IMG/VR virus record: IMGVR_UViG_3300027896_000117
Span: 1-37,277 of that record
DNA length: 37,277 nt
DNA from: a virus
Lineage: Duplodnaviria; Caudoviricetes
Strand: one strand, 5' to 3'
Part shown: positions 25,603-33,898 of the stretch, in pieces
Layout: the number at the start of each line of letters is the position of its first letter
How positions within the stretch are numbered: the first letter of the stretch is position 1
Notes under the pieces: model-generated
The model's input: the letters and a program-made list of their open reading frames with translations, nothing else
Told to the model about the DNA's origin: nothing
Databases searched by the model: none
Position numbers and translations under genes: made by a program

Positions 25603-26700
25603 TCAGTTGCCTGCTTCCACGATGTACTTGCCGTACTTCTTGTGGAACTCATCGAAGTTGCTCAACTGAGAAGGCTCAATCGGCAGCTTGTAAGTCTTGA
25701 GAGCGATCTTCGCACCCATCACGACCAACTCCGTTTCGAAGTTCTTCATGATGTACTCGAAGAAGTTGTCAGCCATTTCGTGGAACTTCTTGTTGTCAGC
25801 AGTCTTGTTCTGCAATGCGTCACGCAGTTCGTAGCACATCGAAATCGTCAGCGAGTACATCGCAGAGATTTCCTTGACCTGAAGGTCCTTGACCTTACCC
25901 GAGAGAATGTCAGCGGGGTTCGGCATGCGACCAGCAACCTTGCGGTGCGCCATGAACTTCGTAGCGAGACCATCACCGATCGAACCTGCAACGAGATTGA
26001 ACAGCGTGTCGTTGTCAACATCTTCATCGTTCAGCAGGTCGCTGACGAAGCACCACGAACGCGGAGTAGCGAAAGCACGAGACGAAGACTTAGCTTCGAA
26101 ATCGTAACCATCCTGCTTCGAGAACGAAAGATAACCAACAACGTCCTTGTGAATGCCCTTGTTAACAGCCCACTGCTGCCAAGCGTTGAAGTCGTAGCGC
26201 ATTTCGATGTGAACGAAACGATTAGCAAGCGGCATCGGCATACGATACGTAACGCCCTTGTCGCTGTCGCGGTTACCAGCAGCGACGATCACAACGTTGT
26301 CGGGCAGCTTGTACTTGCCGATACGACGATTGAGAATAAGCTGATAACCAGCAGCCTGAACAGCGGGCGGAGCCGAGTTCATTTCGTCAAGAAAGAGAAC
26401 GACGATCGGATAGTTCTTGCAGACTTCTTCGCTCGGCAGATCGACGGGTTCAGCCCAATCCATCTTGCTGATTTCCTTGTTGAAGAAGGGGATACCGCGA
26501 ACGTCAGTCGGTTCCATCTGCGCCATACGCATATCGTACATGTAACCACCGAGTTCGTCAGCGATTTCCTGAACGACTTCCGACTTGCCGATGCCCGGAG
26601 GGCCCCAGAGGAAGACGGGACGCTTTGCCTTGAACGCGGTGAGCAGTGCCTTACGGGCCTGAATCGAGGTAACAGTGAGAGTGTCAGATACTTGAGACAT
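25603..26700 (-). CDS. MoxR-type AAA+ ATPase
   Basis: GPPGIGKS, LFLDEMN, AAGNR, PLANRF, TPRSW; TAAGGAG SD; TTGACT-17-TATACG promoter at 26794-26766. Confidence 0.92.
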   Translation of the reverse strand: MSQVSDTLTVTSIQARKALLTAFKAKRPVFLWGPPGIGKSEVVQEIADELGGYMYDMRMAQMEPTDVRGIPFFNKEISKMDWAEPVDLPSEEVCKNYPIVVLFLDEMNSAPPAVQAAGYQLILNRRIGKYKLPDNVVIVAAGNRDSDKGVTYRMPMPLANRFVHIEMRYDFNAWQQWAVNKGIHKDVVGYLSFSKQDGYDFEAKSSSRAFATPRSWCFVSDLLNDEDVDNDTLFNLVAGSIGDGLATKFMAHRKVAGRMPNPADILSGKVKDLQVKEISAMYSLTISMCYELRDALQNKTADNKKFHEMADNFFEYIMKNFETELVVMGAKIALKTYKLPIEPSQLSNFDEFHKKYGKYIVEAGN

Positions 26701-26820
26701 TTGTAAGCTCCTTAAGATTAAAAGAATATAGAGAGAGTGTTTCGTTGTTGCTCTCTATGAACTGACGTATAACGTGTGTTTGAGTACGAGTCAACCAGTT
26801 TTTTGTTTTTTGGAGATTTT

Positions 26821-27099
26821 TTATGCCATCAATTGCTGAATGAGCATGAGTTGGTCAATGCGCTTGATTGCATCTACAATGACTTGCTTCTGACGCTCAG
26901 CAGCAATCCTGACACTATGATTACGGATGTTGCGAACACTGCGAGCAGCAACCTCCATCTTACTGAGGTCAGTAATCAATTTGTCAAGATTTTGAATGAG
27001 ACGGTACGTGTCGCTGTTATGCGGCAAACGCAGATAGCGGCGGCGAAGACTGTCGATGACAGTTCGGGCTTGTTCGGCTGTTTCAAATTCGTATGTCAT
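26821..27099 (-). CDS. Hypothetical helical protein (start MTYEF)
   Basis: TTGACA 27134-27129, 17 nt, TAGAAA, then 6 nt to ATG. Confidence 0.7.
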   Translation of the reverse strand: MTYEFETAEQARTVIDSLRRRYLRLPHNSDTYRLIQNLDKLITDLSKMEVAARSVRNIRNHSVRIAAERQKQVIVDAIKRIDQLMLIQQLMA

Positions 27100-27137
27100 G
27101 CCCAATTTCTATTCTATTTTTGGGTAACTGTCAACCG

Positions 27138-30100
27138 TTATTTTTTGTAAAAATGATGGATGTCTTCATCGTCATCGTATTTGACAACTAGGTTGCCTAG
27201 CGTAAAGTCATCCCCGTGTTCTTCAACTATTCTAGCAAATTCACTCACACTACCAAAGATGTCATCTACTACATCGTCTTCGGTGCAGTTCCCTAGATAT
27301 TCTAATGACGAAGATTCTTTCATCAGTCTAGGATCGTCTGGACTAAAGGATCCGCGATTGTGAATAGACTTTACTTGATTAGGATTGAATACGACCCAAA
27401 CTTCACCCGACTTAGCGTTGCTATCATTAGGAATTGATTCGTTGATGATAGCTCCGTCGAAGCCTAGCTTCTGTAGGTTCTCGACAAACTCTGCGCCTTC
27501 TGGCCCATCAAACAGTTCCCAGCGTTGATCTTCGTACATATGATTGTAGATTGAGTTTAGATCAATGTCATGAGCCTTAAACTCCTCTTTGGTTTCTTCG
27601 TCGCTCAACATTCTTGATAGTGCGTTGTCACGCAAATCAATTGGATATTGGATGGAAAGATGTACAGGAATAACTCTAGCGCCCGGCTTTAATTCTCCAG
27701 TGGCTGGACTCTCAACAAAGATTTCTGCAAACTTTGGGTCTACTGCAAAGAAGGAACCGTGACGCTCAACATCAAATGTCATGCCCAATACACTTGATGC
27801 ACCCCTCCCGTGAATGTTAAACTTGTCAAAGTCTTTGGTAGTGGCGTGATAGAATATTTGGGGCTTGCCGTTTATAACGCCCCATGACTTAGCTAGCCAA
27901 TTGCTTAAACGCTTTTCTCTGTGCTGCTCATCATAGCCCGGGAAGAGTTCTTGTTGTTCTTCTGCTAGGAATGATTGCCATTCTTTCATCAGGTTCTCAG
28001 CGATCTTACCGTTTGGGTTTGCCTGAGGAGGGATGCCCGCGCGTGAGACTTTGGACCCAAGCCTTTTTGCGTTGTCTTTAATGGAATCTGGCTTGACATC
28101 TACAGTGAGTGCGGTCTTGAAGCGAGGATCGTTCTTTTCTTTTGCTGATGGAATGTAACCTGAGGCTTCTAAAATCTGATAGTCATGATCTCCACTCAAT
28201 GCACGATCAACATAGTCATCAGAAACCTGTCTGATAAGGTCAACTTTAACCCCATGATGTTTAGCTAGAGATAGTATTTCTTTTTTCAATGCAGGATCTT
28301 TGTAAATTGCAGTTAGGCTCAATTGTTCAAAACCCTGCTCACTCCAATCTTGGTATAGAGGAATGACTCCTTTAAGTTTCTTCAAATCTTTATACAATGC
28401 CCTCTGTGCATCTAAAGATGTTCCCGGAACTTGAGAGTTTACACACACAAACTCAATCTCGTTATACCCTGAGGCTTCATTTACAGTCTCAATCTCATCA
28501 TCAGAGACGATCTGTGCAGGAATTGTTTTTTTCTTTAATAGTTTATATGCGTAGAAACGATGATGACCATCTAACACTTGATAGCCGTTCTTATACTTGC
28601 GAACTAAAATAGGAGGAATGTTTTCGCCTTTACTTAGCCCTTGTAGTATCTTCCTTACATTTGCCTTTGCTTTTTCTTGGTTCATCTTTGAGTCTGGTTC
28701 ATACGAAACAAGTTTATCCAAAGGAATGTTTGTTGTGGGTAGATTTTTCAAATTTGTGTCGTCTACCTCAGCACCGAAATAGTTAGGGTCTGTATAGAGT
28801 TTGACTGAGGCTTCTGATAGTGAGGATTGGGGACCGCGATACATCTTACCCGCCCCCATAGCGTAGTCTAAACTTCTACCCTTGTTTTCTTTGAATCCTA
28901 AACTTTTATAAAACCTCACTAACCTAGCTCGTGAAGTCGTTCCATGAGTTTTGTTTTCTAGACCAGGAGTCAGTATGATTCGTTTACCAGTGCTGTCTGC
29001 ATATTTTATAAGTTCTTGCATGGCTTTGGTTCCTAGACCTTTGCCCTGATTTTCTTTTCCCACGATCAGTGAATCCAGTACAAGATCATCACCTCTCGGA
29101 GTTACAATAAATTGCTTGAGATTAAACTGAGACTTGATCTTATCTGCTATGTCATCTTGTCCTGAGTCTTCTAGCATCAACTCGTTTGACACTGAAATTC
29201 TATCGGGACTGATCGCAGTTTTTGCGATTTTTTCATATCCGGCATTACTGTCAACTAGGGGCAATCCTGATACATCAATGGCTAGTAGTGTCAAGTCTTC
29301 ATCTTCATCAAACTCGTCACCTAACCAGTTTGAAACTGCATCTTCCACATCGTCTAATGTAGGAAACAAAAAGATACCATTCTCTTCGCCATGCAGTTTA
29401 GCTGATCGGTCTCCTATTTGTGGTCTCAATCCGTTCTTCATGATAGAACGAAGATTTTTGGTAGGAGTAACGTGATACATGATATCCTGTTCAGCGGACT
29501 CGTCAATATATGGAAGACGAATATTCTTGTAGCGTTCAGGATCGTATGGCTTGATTTCTGCTGGTTTCTTAGGCTTTGGACCTCTCCAACCACGTTCCCA
29601 TGCTGCTGCACCTTTTCGTGCTGCTAGGTTCACATCCTCGCCGCGATATTTTGCTGACCTGACAAAGTGATCAATCACTTGCTGTTTGGTAGTGTATGAT
29701 TCCAATAAGTCATCCTGACTCCAGTAAGCATCACTGTTGTATTTTCTGTATTTTTCAAAATTTATTTTTGCGTTATTGCTTCTTTTTAGGATTCTTACCT
29801 GCGACGGATCGGTAATGATATACGAGGTTGAGCCCGGATCTTCAATGTCGTTAGTATAACGCAAGGTGTCTATGGCATAAACCTTTAGGATATTCAACAA
29901 AATTTTATCCGCTGCGGGGCCGGATTCCTTTGGCACTGCATCGCGGTCTTCTTTACTAATAATGTTTCTTCTACAGAGAGATTTTGCGATATCCCATGCA
30001 GTATGCGTGTTCGTATCATCTATGTCAACTACGTTGCCCAGTCTCAGTCTAGCAGCTAGTGCATTAAAAACGTTATCTTTTTTTGGTTTACCGTATTCAT

Positions 30101-31217
30101 AATCTGTTGCCAATGCAAAAGCTCTAGCACCTGCTGCCTTTTTAGTGCCGAAATGACTTAGTGGATTAAATTCTGAAAATTTATGAGGAGTTACATGATG
30201 CACCACTTCGGACTCGTCATCATCTGCGCGGCCATACATGGATTCCTCAGCAAAGATGCCATGCTTGAAGCGTTCCCATTCATCTTTCATTGCAGCAGCA
30301 GCCATTTGCTTCTCATAAGCGGCTTTAGCCAGCTTAGATTTGAATGGATCAACCGGTTGATGACGACCGATTTCTTCTGGTTTGATATTGTATTGCTTCA
30401 TCATTTTTTCAATGATGCGCGTGATGCTTTCAATCTCGGATGGAGTTCTACCTGTAGTGTTTTGTAGCTTTTTGATTTTTAGCAGTGCATCATCGCGGGT
30501 GCCTGCCTCTTCGATGCTCAGTGCCTGACTATGCAGCTTGTCACTTAGATCATATAGCTTGTCTATTCCGCCCTGTGTTCTAATAGCCTTATAAGCAAGA
30601 TTCTCTGGGCTGAACTCTCCGCCCTTTGATAGGCCCGCTTGGCGGTAACGTTTGATTAGCTTAAGGACATCATCGACTCTTTTTAGGTCCTTAGTTTTCA
30701 TGGTTAGACCAACCAGGTCTGCCAGCTTCTCATATTTTGCTCTGGTTGCATTTTGGTCAAAGTTTGCTCTACGCTTGATGGGATGCTTGATCCAGCGGTC
30801 ATGTAAAATACTGTACTCACCCAGAGACACGACTGGTAAATTGGAATCTTGCACATATACTTCTACCGGAACACCATGAACGGTAATGTCGTGGGCATCG
30901 TTGTATAGAGTTTTCTTTGCTTTGAACAGTTCCTGATAAACTTCATTATCAGGAAGTTTGGACATGTCCACTACAATGTGAAGGTCAAGATCACTGTGAG
31001 GAGTGTATGAATATGCTGCGTTAGAGCCGGAGACAGTGACATTTTCTACGTTGACATCCTTAATACCGAGTTCTGAGATAAAATCTTCTGCTACATCTAG
31101 AAGATGATTTCTAACCTTTGGGTCCAGTTTATTGTCTACCCAAAGCTTCGGGTTAAGTTTGTCGTGAAACTTTACCGCGTCAGATAGTTTAAATGAATGA
31201 AGTTCTTTGATGTCCAT
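27138..31217 (-). CDS. Polyvalent multi-enzyme protein: pol-beta-type nucleotidyltransferase, DUF2786-like helices, three ADP-ribosyltransferase-like domains, GNAT, ParB/Srx-like
   Basis: SGSNAAY...SDLDLH; HHVT...SHFGT...SYIITDPSQV; MYHVTPTKNLRSIMKNGL; QGKGLGT...FYKSLGF; PPILV...LDGHHR; FYHAT...GSFFA...GFDGAI...VVFNPNQVKS; GATAAATA at 31229-31222. Confidence 0.85.
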   Translation of the reverse strand: MDIKELHSFKLSDAVKFHDKLNPKLWVDNKLDPKVRNHLLDVAEDFISELGIKDVNVENVTVSGSNAAYSYTPHSDLDLHIVVDMSKLPDNEVYQELFKAKKTLYNDAHDITVHGVPVEVYVQDSNLPVVSLGEYSILHDRWIKHPIKRRANFDQNATRAKYEKLADLVGLTMKTKDLKRVDDVLKLIKRYRQAGLSKGGEFSPENLAYKAIRTQGGIDKLYDLSDKLHSQALSIEEAGTRDDALLKIKKLQNTTGRTPSEIESITRIIEKMMKQYNIKPEEIGRHQPVDPFKSKLAKAAYEKQMAAAAMKDEWERFKHGIFAEESMYGRADDDESEVVHHVTPHKFSEFNPLSHFGTKKAAGARAFALATDYEYGKPKKDNVFNALAARLRLGNVVDIDDTNTHTAWDIAKSLCRRNIISKEDRDAVPKESGPAADKILLNILKVYAIDTLRYTNDIEDPGSTSYIITDPSQVRILKRSNNAKINFEKYRKYNSDAYWSQDDLLESYTTKQQVIDHFVRSAKYRGEDVNLAARKGAAAWERGWRGPKPKKPAEIKPYDPERYKNIRLPYIDESAEQDIMYHVTPTKNLRSIMKNGLRPQIGDRSAKLHGEENGIFLFPTLDDVEDAVSNWLGDEFDEDEDLTLLAIDVSGLPLVDSNAGYEKIAKTAISPDRISVSNELMLEDSGQDDIADKIKSQFNLKQFIVTPRGDDLVLDSLIVGKENQGKGLGTKAMQELIKYADSTGKRIILTPGLENKTHGTTSRARLVRFYKSLGFKENKGRSLDYAMGAGKMYRGPQSSLSEASVKLYTDPNYFGAEVDDTNLKNLPTTNIPLDKLVSYEPDSKMNQEKAKANVRKILQGLSKGENIPPILVRKYKNGYQVLDGHHRFYAYKLLKKKTIPAQIVSDDEIETVNEASGYNEIEFVCVNSQVPGTSLDAQRALYKDLKKLKGVIPLYQDWSEQGFEQLSLTAIYKDPALKKEILSLAKHHGVKVDLIRQVSDDYVDRALSGDHDYQILEASGYIPSAKEKNDPRFKTALTVDVKPDSIKDNAKRLGSKVSRAGIPPQANPNGKIAENLMKEWQSFLAEEQQELFPGYDEQHREKRLSNWLAKSWGVINGKPQIFYHATTKDFDKFNIHGRGASSVLGMTFDVERHGSFFAVDPKFAEIFVESPATGELKPGARVIPVHLSIQYPIDLRDNALSRMLSDEETKEEFKAHDIDLNSIYNHMYEDQRWELFDGPEGAEFVENLQKLGFDGAIINESIPNDSNAKSGEVWVVFNPNQVKSIHNRGSFSPDDPRLMKESSSLEYLGNCTEDDVVDDIFGSVSEFARIVEEHGDDFTLGNLVVKYDDDEDIHHFYKK

Positions 31218-31273
31218 TCTGTATTTATCAAGAGTAACTCTCTTATTGCCTGAAATTCTAGCTCTGTTTTCTA

Positions 31274-31723
31274 TTACTTGTTTTGCTGTCTATACCAATC
31301 AGATTGCTTGTAGGAATCATTCTTGGATTTTTGTTGCTGTTGCTGTGCTGTTGGCATATCAGTAAATGTCTGGTTTGCCATTGCGGTTGCTACTGATTTC
31401 TGACGTTTAATGTTTGCAGGTTGCCCAGTCCCCATTTCATCGTGCTTGAATACGCCATACAGTTTTATGAGTGTGGGGTCTTTTCCGCTTATAGTGTAGC
31501 ATAGGTTAAGATCGTGCATCAGATGTGCATGACGCAATTTGGGGACTGCTCTGTTAAAGTTCCCTTCTCCGCTAAAGGAAGCGTCTCGTGAACCATATGG
31601 TTGTGTTGGATTCTGGCTCTTTAGGATAAGGAATTCCTTGAACGTCTTATTAAGTTCAGGGTTCAATTTTGCTTTCTCAGTAAAGGTATCCTGAAATAGT
31701 TTACACCACTGAAACTTAACCAT
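31274..31723 (-). CDS. YafQ/RelE-superfamily mRNA interferase-like protein (start MVKFQW)
   Basis: D..F.G...LRHAHLMHDLNLCY...LIKLYGVFKHDEM resembles the YafQ core RECH..PD..LIY...L...GSH; TAATG coupling. Confidence 0.65.
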   Translation of the reverse strand: MVKFQWCKLFQDTFTEKAKLNPELNKTFKEFLILKSQNPTQPYGSRDASFSGEGNFNRAVPKLRHAHLMHDLNLCYTISGKDPTLIKLYGVFKHDEMGTGQPANIKRQKSVATAMANQTFTDMPTAQQQQQKSKNDSYKQSDWYRQQNK

Positions 31724-31905
31724 TACTTCGTCCAAGATTCCACAATACGCATCATTTCGTCTGCGTCTACAGGATCAGACCACTGCCCATTATGTGCCTT
31801 ACCAATCTTCACCAAATCTTCGGTAAGGAAGCCAGTATCATTGCTGGCATCAATAGCCTCAAAGAGAGCCTGTTCGCTGGGCTGAGTGACTTCGGTGATC
31901 TTCAT
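31723..31905 (-). CDS. Small acidic protein, candidate antitoxin or head-targeted partner (start MKITEV)
   Basis: 60 aa, directly upstream of and coupled to the YafQ-like gene; GATAAATA 5 nt before ATG. Confidence 0.6.
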   Translation of the reverse strand: MKITEVTQPSEQALFEAIDASNDTGFLTEDLVKIGKAHNGQWSDPVDADEMMRIVESWTK

Positions 31906-31964
31906 GATAATATTTATCCCTTCTAGTGACAGTTTCTTACTAGGGTATAAATTGATTGTCAACC

Positions 31965-32318
31965 GAAAAGATGCCGGATTCTGTTGATAGGCTCCGGCTG
32001 GCCCCGGTAAATCATGCCGCTGCTAGGGCAATATCCATAGTTGAGTTATCGTTTGCAGATAATTCTATTTAGTCTATAATGCGACTAACCAACCAGTCTA
32101 GGCTTTCCTATTCCGTGACAATCGATCCTAGTTCAGGCCCATCAACTACGTCGGGCTGGGTAGAGTAATGCCGGGCTAATGCCGGAAACCCATCGGACAG
32201 GCGCGCTTTCCTGTTCCCGCTTATAGTGCCGAATCGAGACCCGGCGTAGATGGTGGACCTGCCGGGTACCGCCCCCGGGTCTTGTCTACCTTTATTGTCT
32301 GCTTTCAACCAACTGATA
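31965..32318 (-). ncRNA. ssrA: Circularly permuted two-piece tmRNA (alphaproteobacterial type)
   Basis: Acceptor piece ends GACCCGGGGGCGGTACCCGGCAGGTCCACCA (CCA end at 32251); coding piece starts GGGCCTG at 32140 and pairs with CAGGTCC including G3-U70; tag ANDNSTMDIALAAA* at 32056-32012; terminal GCCGGA-GCCTATCAACAGAA-TCCGGC hairpin; outer ends approximate. Confidence 0.93.
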
Positions 32319-32321
32319 CTG

Positions 32322-32352
32322 TACTTATACATGATTCACGGAAACATGTCAA
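32322..32352 (-). promoter_or_regulatory. tmRNA promoter (overlapping sigma70-type and late-type)
   Basis: TTGACA 32352-32347, 17 nt, TATAAG; the same bases read TATAAGTA, a late-box variant. Confidence 0.65.
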
Positions 32353-32354
32353 GC

Positions 32355-32798
32355 TTAATATGTAATTCTTCTTGCTGAGAGTTTCTGATTAGAACAATCG
32401 TTGTTATTCGCTGACTTTTTACCATGACACAGCTTACAAAACGTAGTCACGTTTTCAGGAGTGTTATTGAAATGGTCACCGTCAGTATGTTCCAAATCCA
32501 AAGCATTTAACATGTTCAAGTCGGTCCAGGCCTTTTTCTGTACCGGACACTGCCAGCCCAATCTGCCGTCAATGTTTTCACAGTAGTTCTTCTTATGAAT
32601 CGTGATACCTGCCATTGCTGGACCGAAGTAACCAGTAATTCTTGCCTTATAACAGGTACCACATTCAGACTTGATAGACCAGTTTTTCCAGTCTCGAACC
32701 ATCACTGGTCTATTACAGCCTGGATTCACGCACTTAGGTAATTGATGGCCTTCAACGAAGAATCTTTCTTTCGCCACTAAGCCGGGATTAAGTTTCAT
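32355..32798 (-). CDS. Zn-binding HNH endonuclease-like protein
   Basis: CVNPGC, CGTC; LDLEHTDGDHFNNTPENVTTFCKLCH. Confidence 0.8.
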   Translation of the reverse strand: MKLNPGLVAKERFFVEGHQLPKCVNPGCNRPVMVRDWKNWSIKSECGTCYKARITGYFGPAMAGITIHKKNYCENIDGRLGWQCPVQKKAWTDLNMLNALDLEHTDGDHFNNTPENVTTFCKLCHGKKSANNNDCSNQKLSARRITY

Positions 32799-32882
32799 AT
32801 CTTAGCTTTCAAACAAATCCAACGCACAAACACGTTGAATGGATTATACTTTTCGTTAATTTCAATAAAACGATTGATCATT

Positions 32883-33014
32883 TTACTGCACCGCATGGGT
32901 TTTCTTGTGTTTAAGACTCTTCTTAGTGATCTTTAGATAGAGTTCCTTTTGCTTAGCAATATCCTTACGACTAATTGCTTCGTACATCTGTTGAATCAAA
33001 GTTTTCACTTTCAT
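32883..33014 (-). CDS. Small basic hypothetical protein (43 aa, not in ORF track)
   Basis: Hand translation MKVKTLIQQMYEAISRKDIAKQKELYLKITKKSLKHKKTHAVQ; GGGAG SD. Confidence 0.65.
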   Translation of the reverse strand: MKVKTLIQQMYEAISRKDIAKQKELYLKITKKSLKHKKTHAVQ

Positions 33015-33015
33015 G

Positions 33016-33486
33016 TCATTCTCCCTTCATTGAACTGGTTGACATCAAATACCAGCCCGGTTTGAACTCATTACTTATACTGAATCCTAAGTTTTCATAG
33101 AAGTCGGGAATCTCTGTGGATAGTACTACTTCTTGACCCTTAGCTCTGCTAAAGCGTATTGCTTCTCTAACCATATTTTTAGCGATGCCTTGTCCTCGAT
33201 GTGATTCGGGAACAGCGACCCATGATAATGAGTAAAATCCCTGTAGTGCCAGCATGTTTAATGCTGCAAATCCTACTAGGGTATCCTCTTCCTCTACTAT
33301 TATGTAATGTTTGGTTGCGTTTTGTAATGAGACTAGAAAGCTTAGTTCTTCTAGTTTGATTTTCTTGTGTTTAGGATCACTAACTAAGATAGGATCATCG
33401 ATTTGAAAGAACGGATAACATTGATATAGCAACTCTGTTACGTTTTCAATGTTATCCAGTTCTTCGACTATTCTAAGTCTGATCAT
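33016..33486 (-). CDS. GNAT acetyltransferase
   Basis: VAVPESHRGQGIAK motif A; FYENLGF. Confidence 0.9.
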   Translation of the reverse strand: MIRLRIVEELDNIENVTELLYQCYPFFQIDDPILVSDPKHKKIKLEELSFLVSLQNATKHYIIVEEEDTLVGFAALNMLALQGFYSLSWVAVPESHRGQGIAKNMVREAIRFSRAKGQEVVLSTEIPDFYENLGFSISNEFKPGWYLMSTSSMKGE

Positions 33487-33806
33487 CTACCGTAGCAGAC
33501 GGTCTGACGATAAACAAAATTATTATACTGGTCGTAAGTGTCTCGAACTTCGCAGGTTCCGCGATAAACATCGTAGTAACTTGCAACAACCACAGCGTGA
33601 TATACTGGTGCGGGTGGCGCAACAACTACTTCACGTGGGCGAGTTGAGTCCACAATCACAGCACCAACTATACCACCAATGATCAGTGGAGCTAAAATGC
33701 CCGGGCCTCTGTGATATCCACCATGCCAATGTTCAGAACGTGCATCTGCCATTGCCGGAGCAGTTAGTAGTGACAAACCTACTAGTGCTGATACAAGTTT
33801 CTTCAT
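33483..33806 (-). CDS. Exported/membrane Pro-rich protein (start MKKLV)
   Basis: Signal peptide ending APAMA, hydrophobic LIIGGIVGAVIV, VVVAPPAPVY, Cys pair; TAAGGAG SD; TATAAATA 33839-33832 and TTGACA 33856-33851. Confidence 0.75.
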   Translation of the reverse strand: MKKLVSALVGLSLLTAPAMADARSEHWHGGYHRGPGILAPLIIGGIVGAVIVDSTRPREVVVAPPAPVYHAVVVASYYDVYRGTCEVRDTYDQYNNFVYRQTVCYGR

Positions 33807-33898
33807 ATGTTTTCTCCTTACTTGCACAATATATTTATATTTCAGGCGTTTGTCAAGAAATAGTGTTTTATTTTGGGCAACTAGTTTGAAAGATTATT

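Noticed and set aside
24280-26706. Long plus-strand ORFs (372 aa and 354 aa)
   Set aside because: Antisense shadows of the vWA and AAA genes caused by biased codon usage; no motifs or RBS
32108-32332. 74-aa ORF, or a stand-alone tRNA ending in CCA at 32251
   Set aside because: Region is explained by the permuted tmRNA; there is no anticodon arm and the 5' acceptor strand lies downstream
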